Assembly (NCBI GenBank): GCA_964016885.1
Contig: OZ024750.1
Coordinates: 15,996,001-16,060,000, forward strand
Source of the DNA: Eledone cirrhosa
Lineage: Eukaryota
Length of the DNA: 64,000 bases
Direction of reading: 5' to 3'
A program made the translations under genes and the position numbers. Shown one piece after another: positions 41,200 to 53,082 of this stretch. How positions within the stretch are numbered: the first letter of the stretch is position 1; every line of letters begins with the position of its first letter. The notes below the pieces were generated by a model that had not been told where the DNA came from, did not search any database, and saw nothing but the letters and a program-made list of their open reading frames with translations.

Positions 41200-42760
41200 T
41201 TATAGAAAATGAACACGATTACATCTTTCATGTTTAGTTATTGTATATGAAGTGAATGGGAATTTAGAGTTACTTCCCTTGTAACATTAACATAACTTAA
41301 AGCAGAGGAGAGAGAGTGATGTAGGTAGAGAGGAGTAGAGGAGAGGTAGAAAGAAAGAAGAAAGAGGAGAGAGGAAGAGAGATAGAAAGAAAAAGGGAAG
41401 AGAGAAAGTGAAGGAGAAAGAAAGTAAGGGAGAGAGGAAGACAAAGACAGCGATTATAAAAGCGAGTGAAAGAGAATGAGTGAGAGGCAGACAGTGTGTG
41501 TGTTTGAAAGAGAGAAAGAGTTAATGACACCTCAACATAGCAGCAGTAACAATATTCCTTCACAATATATTTCTACTATCTTTAAATAAACACATAAACA
41601 CTAGTTTTGTGGTTTTAAATCTACAAACGACACCATTTGCTCCTCTCCTCTACCATAATAAACATATACATATTTATTTGTATATAAAACGACTTGAGTA
41701 TAAAATGGCCGGTTTCTGAAGCTAGACGACATCGCATCCTTGTGTATTATACGACTGCATAATACAGCCATGTCTGTGTAATTTATTTTGTAAACTTGTA
41801 CCATGTTATTCGTCGAAATCTCGATCTCACACATATTTCACAATATTTACTTTCTCCTGACATTAAACAATGTAAAACAGATCTTGTGTAGTCTCTTTAT
41901 TAATTTATTTTAGCAATCTTTGATTCGATATTTCTATGTAATATATATGTATATAATTAAGTATGAAATATATTATTTGTGTGCATATTTTCATTTTGTA
42001 AGAATTATAAACAGTATTCTTCTGAATTTCTTGTCTTTGAGACAAACGACATTCAATTATTCCGATACTCTGGCATGGCCTGTTACAGCGGGTGTCGCTG
42101 GCCATTGTCCGCGGGGCACAGCTCCAATGCCGCCGTGCCCTACCCCCAGAGTCCAACATCCTCTCTCTTACCCTCCCCATTTTTCTGTGACACTAGAGCC
42201 CTTGCATTTCGCTTCCTTTTCCGCTTATAATTTTTTCTTATTTTACATTCCATTCTTTCTTCTCAATCTATTTTTTCTTTTTCTAATAAATTAATTCCTC
42301 AGCCAGATTGCAGCTATGTTTTTTGCCGTAATAAATATTACCGATATATCAAATACCATCTTTAAACAATTGTTATCAAGGCGTATTTGCAATCATGCCA
42401 TTTGGAATAAGTATTTTTAAGCTCAGGAAAAAAAAATTCTAAAAACGTGTACTCATGTATAAAACGCATATCAACCCTGTTTTTGCCCTTATTCGTATAA
42501 TAAACAGACGAAAGAAAACAAAAATGGAAGGAGTGCATCTCGCTTGAGAAAAAAACACCCGTGAGGTATCAGTGGTTGACATTTGACGTAGCAAGTGTCG
42601 TTGGTTGGTTGTTCGCCATCTTGTCCGCGGGGCCCAGATGAGATATGCGCAGAGACAGGAGTGTAGGGTTTTCCCCATTCACCCTCATTCGCCTTACTTT
42701 CATTATTTAATTTTCATTCTTCCTGTTTATGTGAAACATTTACGTAAACAAAATTCTGTC
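41200..42760 (-). promoter_or_regulatory. Candidate promoter / first-exon region
   Basis: Most CpG/GC-rich unique part of the window. YY1-like CGCCATCTTG at 42614-42623, CRE-like TGACGTAG near 42583, duplicated TTGTCCGCGGGGCMCAG motif, and a CT-rich minus-strand tract at 41300-41520. Strand is inferred from the downstream exons. Confidence 0.45.
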
Positions 42761-43668
42761 CTATTTAAAAAAATAAAGACATGCATGCATCCATACATAC
42801 ATACATACATACGGCAAACGGAAGTATTAAGCCCCAGATGGCATTAAGCTACACCACACTACATATGCATTATACATATAATGCATTTATAGTGTGATGG
42901 AGCTTAATGTTCCCCCAAGAGCTTAATAGCCCTACATGCGCACTCCGTTCCGCCCAGACACGGAACCATGGTATGGATTTGATCACAGGTTTATCAGATC
43001 AAACCTGACTAGGAACGAAACATCAGCAAAAACAATTACAACGACGACGGCGGCGACTATATCAACAACATCGACACCACTGCCAACAACATCGACATCA
43101 CTGCCAACAAGGATTTCATCAACGACGTCAAACTATATAACAAGACAACAAACAAAATGAAGACTTATATTGTCAGATTACATTTAATGTGGGGAAAACC
43201 CAGTGAATCTCACAGTAAAGCTACTTCATAGAAGTGTGTATGTGTTTGTATGTATGTGTGTCAATATGTGTGCGTTTGCTTATATGTATGTGTAAGTATG
43301 TAGGTATATGCGTGCATGTATGTATATGTATGTATGTTATGCATGTATGTATGTATGTGTGTGTGTGTGCATTTACGCATCTGTCTTTCTGTCTGTCAAT
43401 ATATATACACATACACATTATATATATATATAAAGTTTATCCCGGGTTCAATCGCAGGTTTCTCCCGAATGAAACAGTTCTAGTCCTGTAGAAGCCATTT
43501 ATATATAACACATTCATGCATATATTACCCCACACAACACACACACGTGTATACAACAGGCACACACATATATACACCCACCTACATATATACACCCCTA
43601 AACAACACACACACACACACACATACATATATACCCGCCCACACATACATATACACACCTCTCAAACA

Positions 43669-43715
<47 letters not shown>

Positions 43716-44212
43716 CTCCACCTCAAATAATACACACACACATACAAACCCCAAACAACACACAATGACGGCGGTGATATTGGCGAAGATGGTGTTGGTT
43801 GTGGTAATGATGTGTGTGTGTGTGTGTGCGTGATGGCGATGATGGTGGTGGTGGTGGTGGTAATGGAGCAATGATGATGGTGATGGTAATGGTAGTGGTG
43901 GTGATGGAGCGATGGTGATGGTGATGGCGATGATTACGGGGGTGGTATGATGGTAATGCTAGTGATGATGATAATGATCATGATGATGAGTATAATGATG
44001 TTAGGATAGGTAAGTATATAAATAAATACATAAGCTATGATGATGATGTTGATGCTGAGTGTTGGTGCATTCGTTATGGTGCTGATGATGATGATGGTAA
44101 GTAGGTAAGTAGGTAGATGGCAATGAAAGTGCAAATAGTGTGTGTGTGGGGGGGGGGGGGATACCGGTGAGAAGTTGATGGTAGAGGCTGTGCAACTAGG
44201 TCTAAATGCTTA

Positions 44213-44256
<44 letters not shown>

Positions 44257-44569
44257 CTACTACAGATGTCACTTGTAATCGAGTATGACTTAAAGTAGTA
44301 TACATCATGGTTTAACTAAAGTTTTAGGTGATCATGCAATTGTGAGCAGACACAGACACCCTCTCGACTCCTCCTTCACTTGACCCAGTGGAACATCCAG
44401 GATACGACAGCTGAAAGGAGAGAGGACTGCGCCAGCATATGGGGCAATACTTCCTTTACTGATCCTGAAAGGATGAAAGGCAAAGTGGACCTTGGAAAAA
44501 CTCGAATGCACTTGCATAGCATTTGTGGGTTCAAATTCCTCAATAACATGATGGGTGCTCCTTCTTTAT

Positions 44570-44688
44570 CCCTTTAGCATTTAAACCGGCGGTATCCAGC
44601 CACAATTCTCTCGTTGATTCGATATTATGTAAGATAATTATGTAGGATAAAGCCTTTACAATAAAAATACTAAATGCTAAAGGGTTAA
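44570..44688. mobile_element. Internally deleted piggyBac-type MITE family 1
   Basis: Both TIRs intact, only ~115 bp long. Confidence 0.75.
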
Positions 44689-44689
44689 G

Positions 44690-45074
44690 GTGTCGACAGA
44701 TCAATAAAGATTCGAAACCTTTGGAATTCTTTTTAACAGCTCTTGATTTACCAATTTCGCAGTCACATTTTTGGGGGGCCAATATAGCCCTTTCACTGAG
44801 CCACTTGTGACATGGGAACATTTTTTTCTACGAGATGGAATAATGAGTCCACCATTGTGTTTATGGGACTTATATCAATAGCTCCCTTACTATCTACAGG
44901 AGGTCTTCCATCCCAAAGCATTAACAGACTCTAGGCAAACTGCTCTGACTGTTCTTCACCACCAAGATATACCCCCATGTTTGTAGCAAGCTTCAAAACT
45001 CTGATAGAAGTCCAAAGTGTCGACTTTTTCGAACAGGCTTGGATTTGATCATTCATTATGCCTTTTGGGATGAC
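44690..45074 (-). mobile_element. Second Helitron helicase relic of the same family
   Basis: DQIQACSKKSTLWTSIRVLKLATNMGVYLGGEEQSEQFA and HKWLSERAILAPQK; reverse-complement similarity to 28686-29000. Confidence 0.85.
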
Positions 45075-45319
45075 TAGGAGAACTCCTACCGATGCGCTGA
45101 ACGAGTGTGACTTTTTAGTCCAGCCAGCGACTTGAAAACTCTGGTACAAACACTACACTTGTGACAATTATTGACACATAGTGTGGGCCCATGGTACCAT
45201 GTGACGACAAGTGCAGAGAGATCTCCAGATATAAAGCAATGCCTGTGCCATGAAGCTTTTATAGTGAGCAAAGGCACTGCACAAAGCCAGTCCCACTCTC
45301 TTAACCAAGATGATATTTA

Positions 45320-45320
<1 letters not shown>
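45075..45320 (-). mobile_element. Second, truncated copy of the bipartite element, retaining a C2H2 zinc-finger remnant
   Basis: CSVCTRVFKSLAGLKSHTRSAH-stop resembles the C-terminal zinc finger of RTE-type ORFs; high identity to 47555-47740. Confidence 0.6.
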
Positions 45321-45369
<49 letters not shown>

Positions 45370-45414
45370 CGAAACATAAGTCAATTGCATGAACTCTTAA
45401 TCCTTTATTTATTT

Positions 45415-45470
45415 ACTGCTATATATATTTCGATGATAGCCATTGAATGGCTATGACCTCATCAGGCAGT
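45415..45470 (-). ncRNA. Type I hammerhead ribozyme motif, second family
   Basis: Minus strand reads ACTGC-CTGATGA-GGTcATAGCCAT-tca-ATGGCTATcATC-GAAA-TATATA-TA-GCAGT. 5-bp stem I, long stem II, palindromic minimal stem III, AUA triplet. Confidence 0.8.
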
Positions 45471-45824
45471 TAGTCAGTTCTTAGATATGCCAGCTCTGTA
45501 TTTATAGTGTTGATGGTATCAGAGCCTTGGGACATATTATATATATATATATTCACACACCCTTACTCACTTACACAGGTATAATTGAGTGGTTAAGATG
45601 TTTGACTTTGCAATCGTAAGTAAATATGGACGCGAGACTTTGGTAGAAGAAACTTGCCAGACAATGAGTTGGAACACAGAACTGATAATGGTGAAGTAAA
45701 CTTCTTAATCCTTCAGCCATGCTTGACCTGTATTCATATAAATATATATATACAATCAGCCTACTACTACTACCACCACTTCTGCTACTTATAGTAATGA
45801 TGCATTGTTTTAATGCAGGAAGAC

Positions 45825-46359
45825 AATATGTGCGTGAGAGTGTGATTGTATGTATGCGTGTGAGTGTATGTATGTGCGAGTGTGTGTATGTATGTGCGAG
45901 TGTGTGTATGTATGTGCGAGTGTTTATGTATGTATGTGCGAGAGTGTATGTATGTATGTGCGAGAGTGTATGTATGTATGTGCGAGAGTGTATGTATGTA
46001 TGTGCGAGAGTGTGTTTGTATGTGCGAGTATGTATATATGTATGTATGTATGTGCGAGAGTGGACGTATGTTTGTGTGAGAGTGTATGTATGTTTGTGTG
46101 AGCGTATGTATGTGCGAAAGTGTATGTGTGTTTGTGTGAGAACATATGTATGTCTGTGTGAGTGTGTATGTATGTGTGAGTGAATGTATGTCTGTGTGAG
46201 AGTATGTATGTATGTATGTGTGTGTGTGTGTGACTATGTGTGTGAGTGTATATATTTGTGACAGTGTGTGTGTGTGACAGTATGTATGTGTGTATGACAA
46301 TAAGTATGTGTGTATGTAACTGTATGTAATGTGTATGACTGTATGTATCATATATATGT

Positions 46360-46395
<36 letters not shown>
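45825..46395. repeat. TATG/TGCGAG compound microsatellite
   Basis: Direct observation. Confidence 0.9.
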
Positions 46396-46397
<2 letters not shown>

Positions 46398-46566
46398 CGA
46401 AGGAAATGTGGTAAGGAACCAGATGGACCATAACGCACCAAAGTACTCAATACTTAGGGTAGTAGAGTGGGAAATAGGAAAAAGTATGACTCCGACGGCA
46501 GAGCTCAAGCCATTTCGACGGCTAATTCTGGACTCCGTCGAAACGGCTTGAGCTCTGCCGTCGGGG

Positions 46567-46571
<5 letters not shown>
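46396..46571 (-). mobile_element. Second copy of the hairpin-ended (TA)n-embedded element
   Basis: AACGAAGGAAATGTGGTAAGGAACCAG...GGGTAGTAGAGTG is the reverse complement of 18007-18083; hairpin at 46485-46571. Confidence 0.7.
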
Positions 46572-46611
<40 letters not shown>

Positions 46612-47502
46612 CTTGTCTTTGTGATGATATAATGTAACTCAGCATATAATTCTATATATGAGCAAGTAAACCTATCTTATTACAACTAACAGCTTCAAAT
46701 ATACTTACATTACACTACACTACACTATAGTCTCCACCCCACCACCACCACCACCACCACCACCCTCTCTCTCTTATATGGTGGTGGAAGGTAGCAACGG
46801 CAACATGTACAACAACAACATGAGCCTTCAGCAGTACCAATTATACTTACATTACACTATATTTTAGTACTATGCAAACACTAGTGTTACCCTCCGATCC
46901 CTCCTCCCCGTCCTGCTATCTCTAGTTTACAGTGGAAGGCAGCACCGCCAACAGCAGTAGTGGTAGTAGTAAGAGGAGACACAAGCTATCAAAGAACAAC
47001 AGAATTCTATACAACAATATTTACTGTGTGTAAACAATTAGATTTGTTTAAATACAGAAGTGATACACTACCTTTTCCACACCTGCCTACACACCTGGTC
47101 TTAATTAGAGAGAGAGAACATACACACACATATATATATATATATATACATAAATACACACACATATATATGTGGGAAGTTTCTTTTCTACTTTTAGAAG
47201 GATATTGATAAAATAAGCACCGAGGGGTCCTTATAATTAAATCGCTTCAATCTGGTGCCCCATATTCATGATGATGATGAATGTGGGGCACCACATTGAA
47301 GGGGTTTAGTTGATCATACCGATCCCTAGTATTTATTTTATCAATATCCATTTGTCGAACTATGTTACAAGACACAAACATACAGTAAATGTAGATACCC
47401 AGATACTGATAAATACACACAAATTATACATATACACACACAAACATATACATATATATATATATGTGTGTGTGTACATATATTATATATATATATATAT
47501 AT

Positions 47503-47958
47503 ATGGTGGCTGCCAACTCGTTTTCGAGTACGGCCACTACTTTATATCCATGTAGGAGAACCCCTACCGATGCGCTGAACAACAAATTATTGACACAGTG
47601 CTGGGCCCATGGTACCATGTGACGACAAGTGCAGAGAGATCTCCAGATATAAAGCAATGCCTGTGCCGTGAAGCTTTTATAGTGAGCAAAGGCACTGCAC
47701 AAAGTCAGTCCCACTCTCTTAACCAAGATGATATTTACCAAAAAGAAGAACAAGTCAACATCATTGGATACCATCAGGGTTGCAGGTGTTATATCAGAGT
47801 TTTCCTTCTCCTAGAATTCTGCCTTGACAAAGGCTAAAGGGTCATCTCTCCTGGTGATTTTGGATGGCCATTGACTCTTAAGAGCTCCTTTGCCCTTTGA
47901 CAGGTTTTGTTTTTAGTCCTGCAGGATGTCCAAAGTCACCCTCCTCACCAAGAAACCT
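47503..47958 (-). mobile_element. Bipartite RTE-derived non-autonomous element (5' UTR-like part joined to a 3' end)
   Basis: The 5' part carries GGAGAAGGAAAACTCTGA, a motif I associate with RTE 5' UTRs. It shares ~190 bp with 45075-45320 and has a 3' hairpin ACTCGaaaaCGAGT. Confidence 0.55.
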
Positions 47959-48017
<59 letters not shown>

Positions 48018-49310
48018 CAGGTTTCCACACAGTTTTCATTTATCAAATTTCACTAGCAAGGCTTTGGTTAACTCAAGGCTATAGTAAAAGATACTTGCCC
48101 AAGGTAACATGCAGTGGGATTGAACCTGAAATCATGTGGCTGCAAAACAAACTCCTTCACCACACAGTTATGCCTGTACACACACACACTCTCTCTCTCT
48201 CATACATACCAGCATAGAGAGGTTGTCTCATCTTTGTTATGATTGAAGAGTCCTCTTAACCCATTTTGGTACCGTTCTATAGCTGAATGCATCTGCTAAC
48301 ACCAACCAATTTACAGAGTGTACTGGGTGCCTTTTATCATGGTACTAACGCTAGTGAGATTGTTATGTCTTTGTTGTGACTGAAGAGTCCTTACAACCCA
48401 TTTTTGTCTTGGTGTATAGGGGTGGATGTCCTTCCTAATGGCAAACACTTTACAAAGTGTAATGGATGAATTTGATCATGGTATCAGCACTAGTGATTTT
48501 ATTGTCTTTTCGACGACCAAAGAGTTCTCTCTATCCTCTTATTTTCTTATGTTTGGTGAAGGCTGTTTGCATTCATATTTTAGATCATAGCTTATTTTAG
48601 CAAATTAATGAGCGGCTTTGATATGACAGCTAGATGTAATTATGCTTGAATAACCCCACTTTTCTGATGTTAAAAGACAACAACCAAGACAAGTGATTAG
48701 AAATATGCAGAATACATTCGTTAAAAGTTACTGTAAGTTAATTAACTTTCTGTATCATTGGTAAGGATACATAGTATGCTTTTGGAACCGAACCATCTAA
48801 AATTACTACTGCTTCCATGGTACAAAGCTGTATATAAAATGTTTATATTTATCTAAAATATTTCCATTTATAATTTTACGCACGAATCCATATGTTTCAA
48901 CCACCAGCTTAATAGTGAGAAAATTAGTTATATTACAAACTTCCTCCACATTTTCGATTATTTTCAAAATTTTTGAAAGTTATAGACAGGTTTTTTTTCA
49001 TTAAAAATATGGTAATTAAAGAGTTAAAGAAGTTATATTTATCTAAAAACATTCCATAATGATTTTATCTAAGAATCTTATGTATATATTTCAAATAGCA
49101 GCTTAATCACAAGAAAGTTAGTTATATTACTAAAATCACTTGAAATTCTTCATAATCTAGAAATGATTTGAAAATAATAGGTAGAGTCTTCTATTAGAAG
49201 GAATTCATTCAAATGCAAATATAAATATGATATGTACACACACACATATATATATGAATATGAATATATATACATAATGCTGTCTCTGATTGAGACGAAG
49301 CGAGAGTGTA

Positions 49311-49643
49311 ATTGAATACATACAAAAATGAGAAAACTCACTACTAGAACAGCCATCAAATAACCAAATACAGTCAAAGGCAGCAATGGGCAAAAGTGCC
49401 CCAGAGCACAGAGACCAATGGCCTTTGGTCAACAGAGAGACAATCCACAGAGGTCCACTATCCCATTATTTTAATTTCTTTATTTTTTTTTTTTGTCCTA
49501 TCTGTGCTATTTGTTTTATCACACACATCTTACCAGCAGAAAGATTTTTTTTTCTGTTGCATGATCCAGCTTTTTAAAATGGTACTCTCAATTTGTGTGG
49601 AACCATTTTGCTGGTGTGAGAGCTGATGATGGTGAAGATGTGT

Positions 49644-49682
<39 letters not shown>

Positions 49683-49938
49683 CTTATCTTGTACATCGTC
49701 TTTCTTTATTTCCTTCTTCCAGTCACTTATGTGTGCCGGCACACTTCTCGTCCTCTTTCAATCTTTGCTGTATTTCTTCTGCCAGTCACCCACCTTGTAT
49801 GATTCTCTCTCTCTGTTTACCATTCGCTGTTGGTCTCTGTCCTCTGGAGCAATTTTGCCTATAGCTGTCTTTGATTGTATTTGGCTGTTTTGGAGGCAGT
49901 TCTAGCGGTGAGTTTTCTCATATTTGCATGTATTCAAA
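49311..49938. mobile_element. Foldback/MITE-like element with ~110-135-bp diverged inverted arms
   Basis: 49311-49445 is the reverse complement of 49801-49938 at roughly 80% identity by eye; TA-rich flanks. Confidence 0.65.
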
Positions 49939-50455
49939 TATATATTCGAATACATATATATATATTATGTAAGTACAAGCACTTTAAAGTAGCAGTGTGG
50001 CAGTCATTTGCACAAGACGAGCCCCCACACACCCTGCACATGTTATATACACATGCCATCTTTACTAGCTAGTAACACACTTGGAAGAAGTCATAAGAAG
50101 CACTTCCTTAGCTCACCTACTTGTCATAAGAATATAAACAAAAAACAAACAAACTAAAACAAAATAAAATGAAAAAAAAAAAAGAGATAGAGTGCATATT
50201 TTCATGGAGTGAGTAGGGTCTTTCATGTTAGTGGGGGTGTTATTTATGGTGTCTTTTTAAATGGTAGTATACATATCTACATGTGTGTGTGTATATGTAT
50301 ATATACATACATATATCATCATTGTCACATATATATATATATATACATACATATATCATCATTGTCACATAATATATATATATATATATATATATAAATA
50401 CACACACGCATATATACATACATATACATACATACACACATTTTTATATACATTC

Positions 50456-50503
<48 letters not shown>

Positions 50504-50575
50504 TATACATGCATACATACATACATACACACATTTATATACATATATGATCTCTTATAAAATAGATGTGCGTGA

Positions 50576-50617
<42 letters not shown>

Positions 50618-50634
50618 ATATATATATATAAACA

Positions 50635-51337
50635 CACACACATATATACACATGCATATACACTTATATATACACCCACACATATATACACATGCATATA
50701 CACTTATAAATACACCCACACATATATACACATGCATATACACTTATATATACACCCACACATATATACACATGCATATACACTTATATATACACATGCA
50801 TATACACTTATATATACACCCACACATATATACACATGCATATACACTTATATATACACCCACACATATAAACACATGCATATACACTTATATATACACT
50901 CACACATATATACACATGCATATACACTTATATATACACCCACACGTATATACACATGCATATACACTTATATATACACCCACACATATATACACATGCA
51001 TATACACTTATATATACACCCACACATATATACACATGCATATACACTTATATATACACCCACACATATATACACATGCATATACACTTATATATACACC
51101 CACACGTATATACACATGCATATACACTTATATATACACCCACACATATATACACATGCATATACACTTATATATACACCCACACATATATACACATGCA
51201 TATACACTTATATATACACATGCATATACACTTATATATACACCCACACGTATATACACATGCATATACACTTATAAATACACCCACACAAATATACACA
51301 TGCATATACACTTATATATACACCCACACATATATAT
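50635..51337. repeat. 40-bp minisatellite TATACACTTATATATACACCCACACATATATACACATGCA
   Basis: Direct tandem array. Confidence 0.95.
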
Positions 51338-51723
51338 AAGATATGGATGTAGTAGGTGTGACAGCAATGGTTGAACCCCGTCAATTGACAACACTAGAGA
51401 AGAACTATAACAACATTAACCCACACATGATGAAATATTTACTTAACACACATACTACCTCAAGAAAGGACCTCATAACGGCATATAAAAGGTTACCATC
51501 AGGTTCTAGCCCTGTATGGCTAACTCCTGCTTTAGAAGGCAAGATGGCCTTACAATGCTTGTGTATAAGGAAACTAGCAGAGGTAGCCGAGAAAGTGAAT
51601 CACTATGATGCCTTGTTTAACCCTTCATATCCTGGTTTAACCATTCACCTCTTTCTGATCAAACCGACTATAACCGGCTGTTCATACTGACGTTAAGGTA
51701 TTGTTCTCAAAACAAATAATATC

Positions 51724-52235
51724 AAAGAAGAAATAGAAGGAAGAGAAGGAAGAGAAAGAGAAAAAGATGAAGAAAGAGAGGGTCAAAAAGAAGAAAAAGA
51801 ATAAGAAAGAAAGAGAGAAAAAGAAAAGAAAAAGAAAAGAAAAAGAAGAGAAAAAGAAGAAAGAGAAAAAGAAGAAAGAAGAAGAAAGAAAAAGAAAGAA
51901 AAGAGAAAAAAGAAAAAGAAAGAAGGAAAAGAAAGAAGAAGAAGAAAAAGAGGGAGAAGAAGAAAAAGAAAGAAAAAGAAAGAGAAGGAAAAGAAAGAAG
52001 AAGAAAAGAGGGAAAAGAAGAAAAAGAAAGAAAGAGAAGAAAAAAAGAGGGAAAAGAAGAAAAAGAAAGAGAAGAAGAAGGAAAAGAAAAAGAAGAAAAA
52101 GAGGGAGAAGAAAAAGAAAAAGAGGGAAAAGAAAGAGAAGAAGAAGAAAAAGAGGGAGAAGAAGAAAAAGAAAAAAGAAGGAAAAGAAAGAGAAGAAGAA
52201 GAAGAAAAAGAGGGAGAAGAAGAAGAAGAAGAAGC
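51724..52235. repeat. ~510-bp polypurine (GAA/GAAAA) tract
   Basis: Almost no pyrimidines on the + strand; it truncates a family-1 MITE starting near 51617. Confidence 0.95.
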
Positions 52236-52419
52236 AGCAGCAATAGCCAATAAACTATTCCCATATTGCACATCTTGCTAAATCAGCAAAAGTAACCAGT
52301 GCAGTTATGGCAGGTTGGTAGCGTTGACAGAACAAATATGTAATATGGTAGAGAAGCAATAAATGATATTACAGCAGACATCATTAAAATACACACAATA
52401 TGGTCTATCCTTCTCATTA

Positions 52420-53051
52420 TATTCTCTCTCTCTCACACATCCTCTATCTCTTCCTCTCCCTCTCTCACACATCCTCTATCGCCCTCTCCCTCTCTCACAC
52501 ACATCCTCTATCTCCCTCCCTCTCTCTCTCACACATCCTCTATCTCCCTCCCTCTCTCTCTCACACATCCTCTATCTCTTCCTCTCTCACACACACATCC
52601 TCTATCTCCCTCCCTCTCTCTCACACACCCATCCTCTATCTCCCCCCTCTCTCTCTCTCACACACATCCTCTATCTCCCCCTCTCTCTCACACATCCTCT
52701 ATCTCCCTCTCTCTCTCTCTCACACACACCCTCTATCTCCTCTCTCACACACATCCTCTATCACCTTCTCACAAATTCTCTATCTTCCTCTCTCTCACAC
52801 ATACACATCTTCCATCTCTCTCCCCCTCTCTCTCACACATATCCTCTATCTCTCCCTCTCTCTTTCACACATACATCCTCTCTCCCTCCCTCTTTCACAC
52901 ATACATCCTCTATCTCCTCTCTCTCTCTCACTCCTTCTCACTATCTCTTTATATTACTATCTCTCCATCTCTCAGACTATTTCTTTCTGTCTCCCACTAT
53001 CCCTCTCTCATATTTCTCACACACTCTCTCTCTAGCCCTCTAATGCTCAGG

Positions 53052-53068
<17 letters not shown>
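52420..53068. repeat. CT-rich minisatellite (CTCTCTCACACATCCTCTATCTCC)
   Basis: Direct observation. Confidence 0.9.

Positions 53069-53082
<14 letters not shown>

Noticed and set aside
41601-41834. 77-aa minus-strand ORF in the promoter-like zone
   Set aside because: No recognisable homology and no convincing donor; may be a uORF or chance.
51343-51690. 115-aa ORF
   Set aside because: No motif recognised, and its end lies in a MITE fragment; possibly a retroelement relic.
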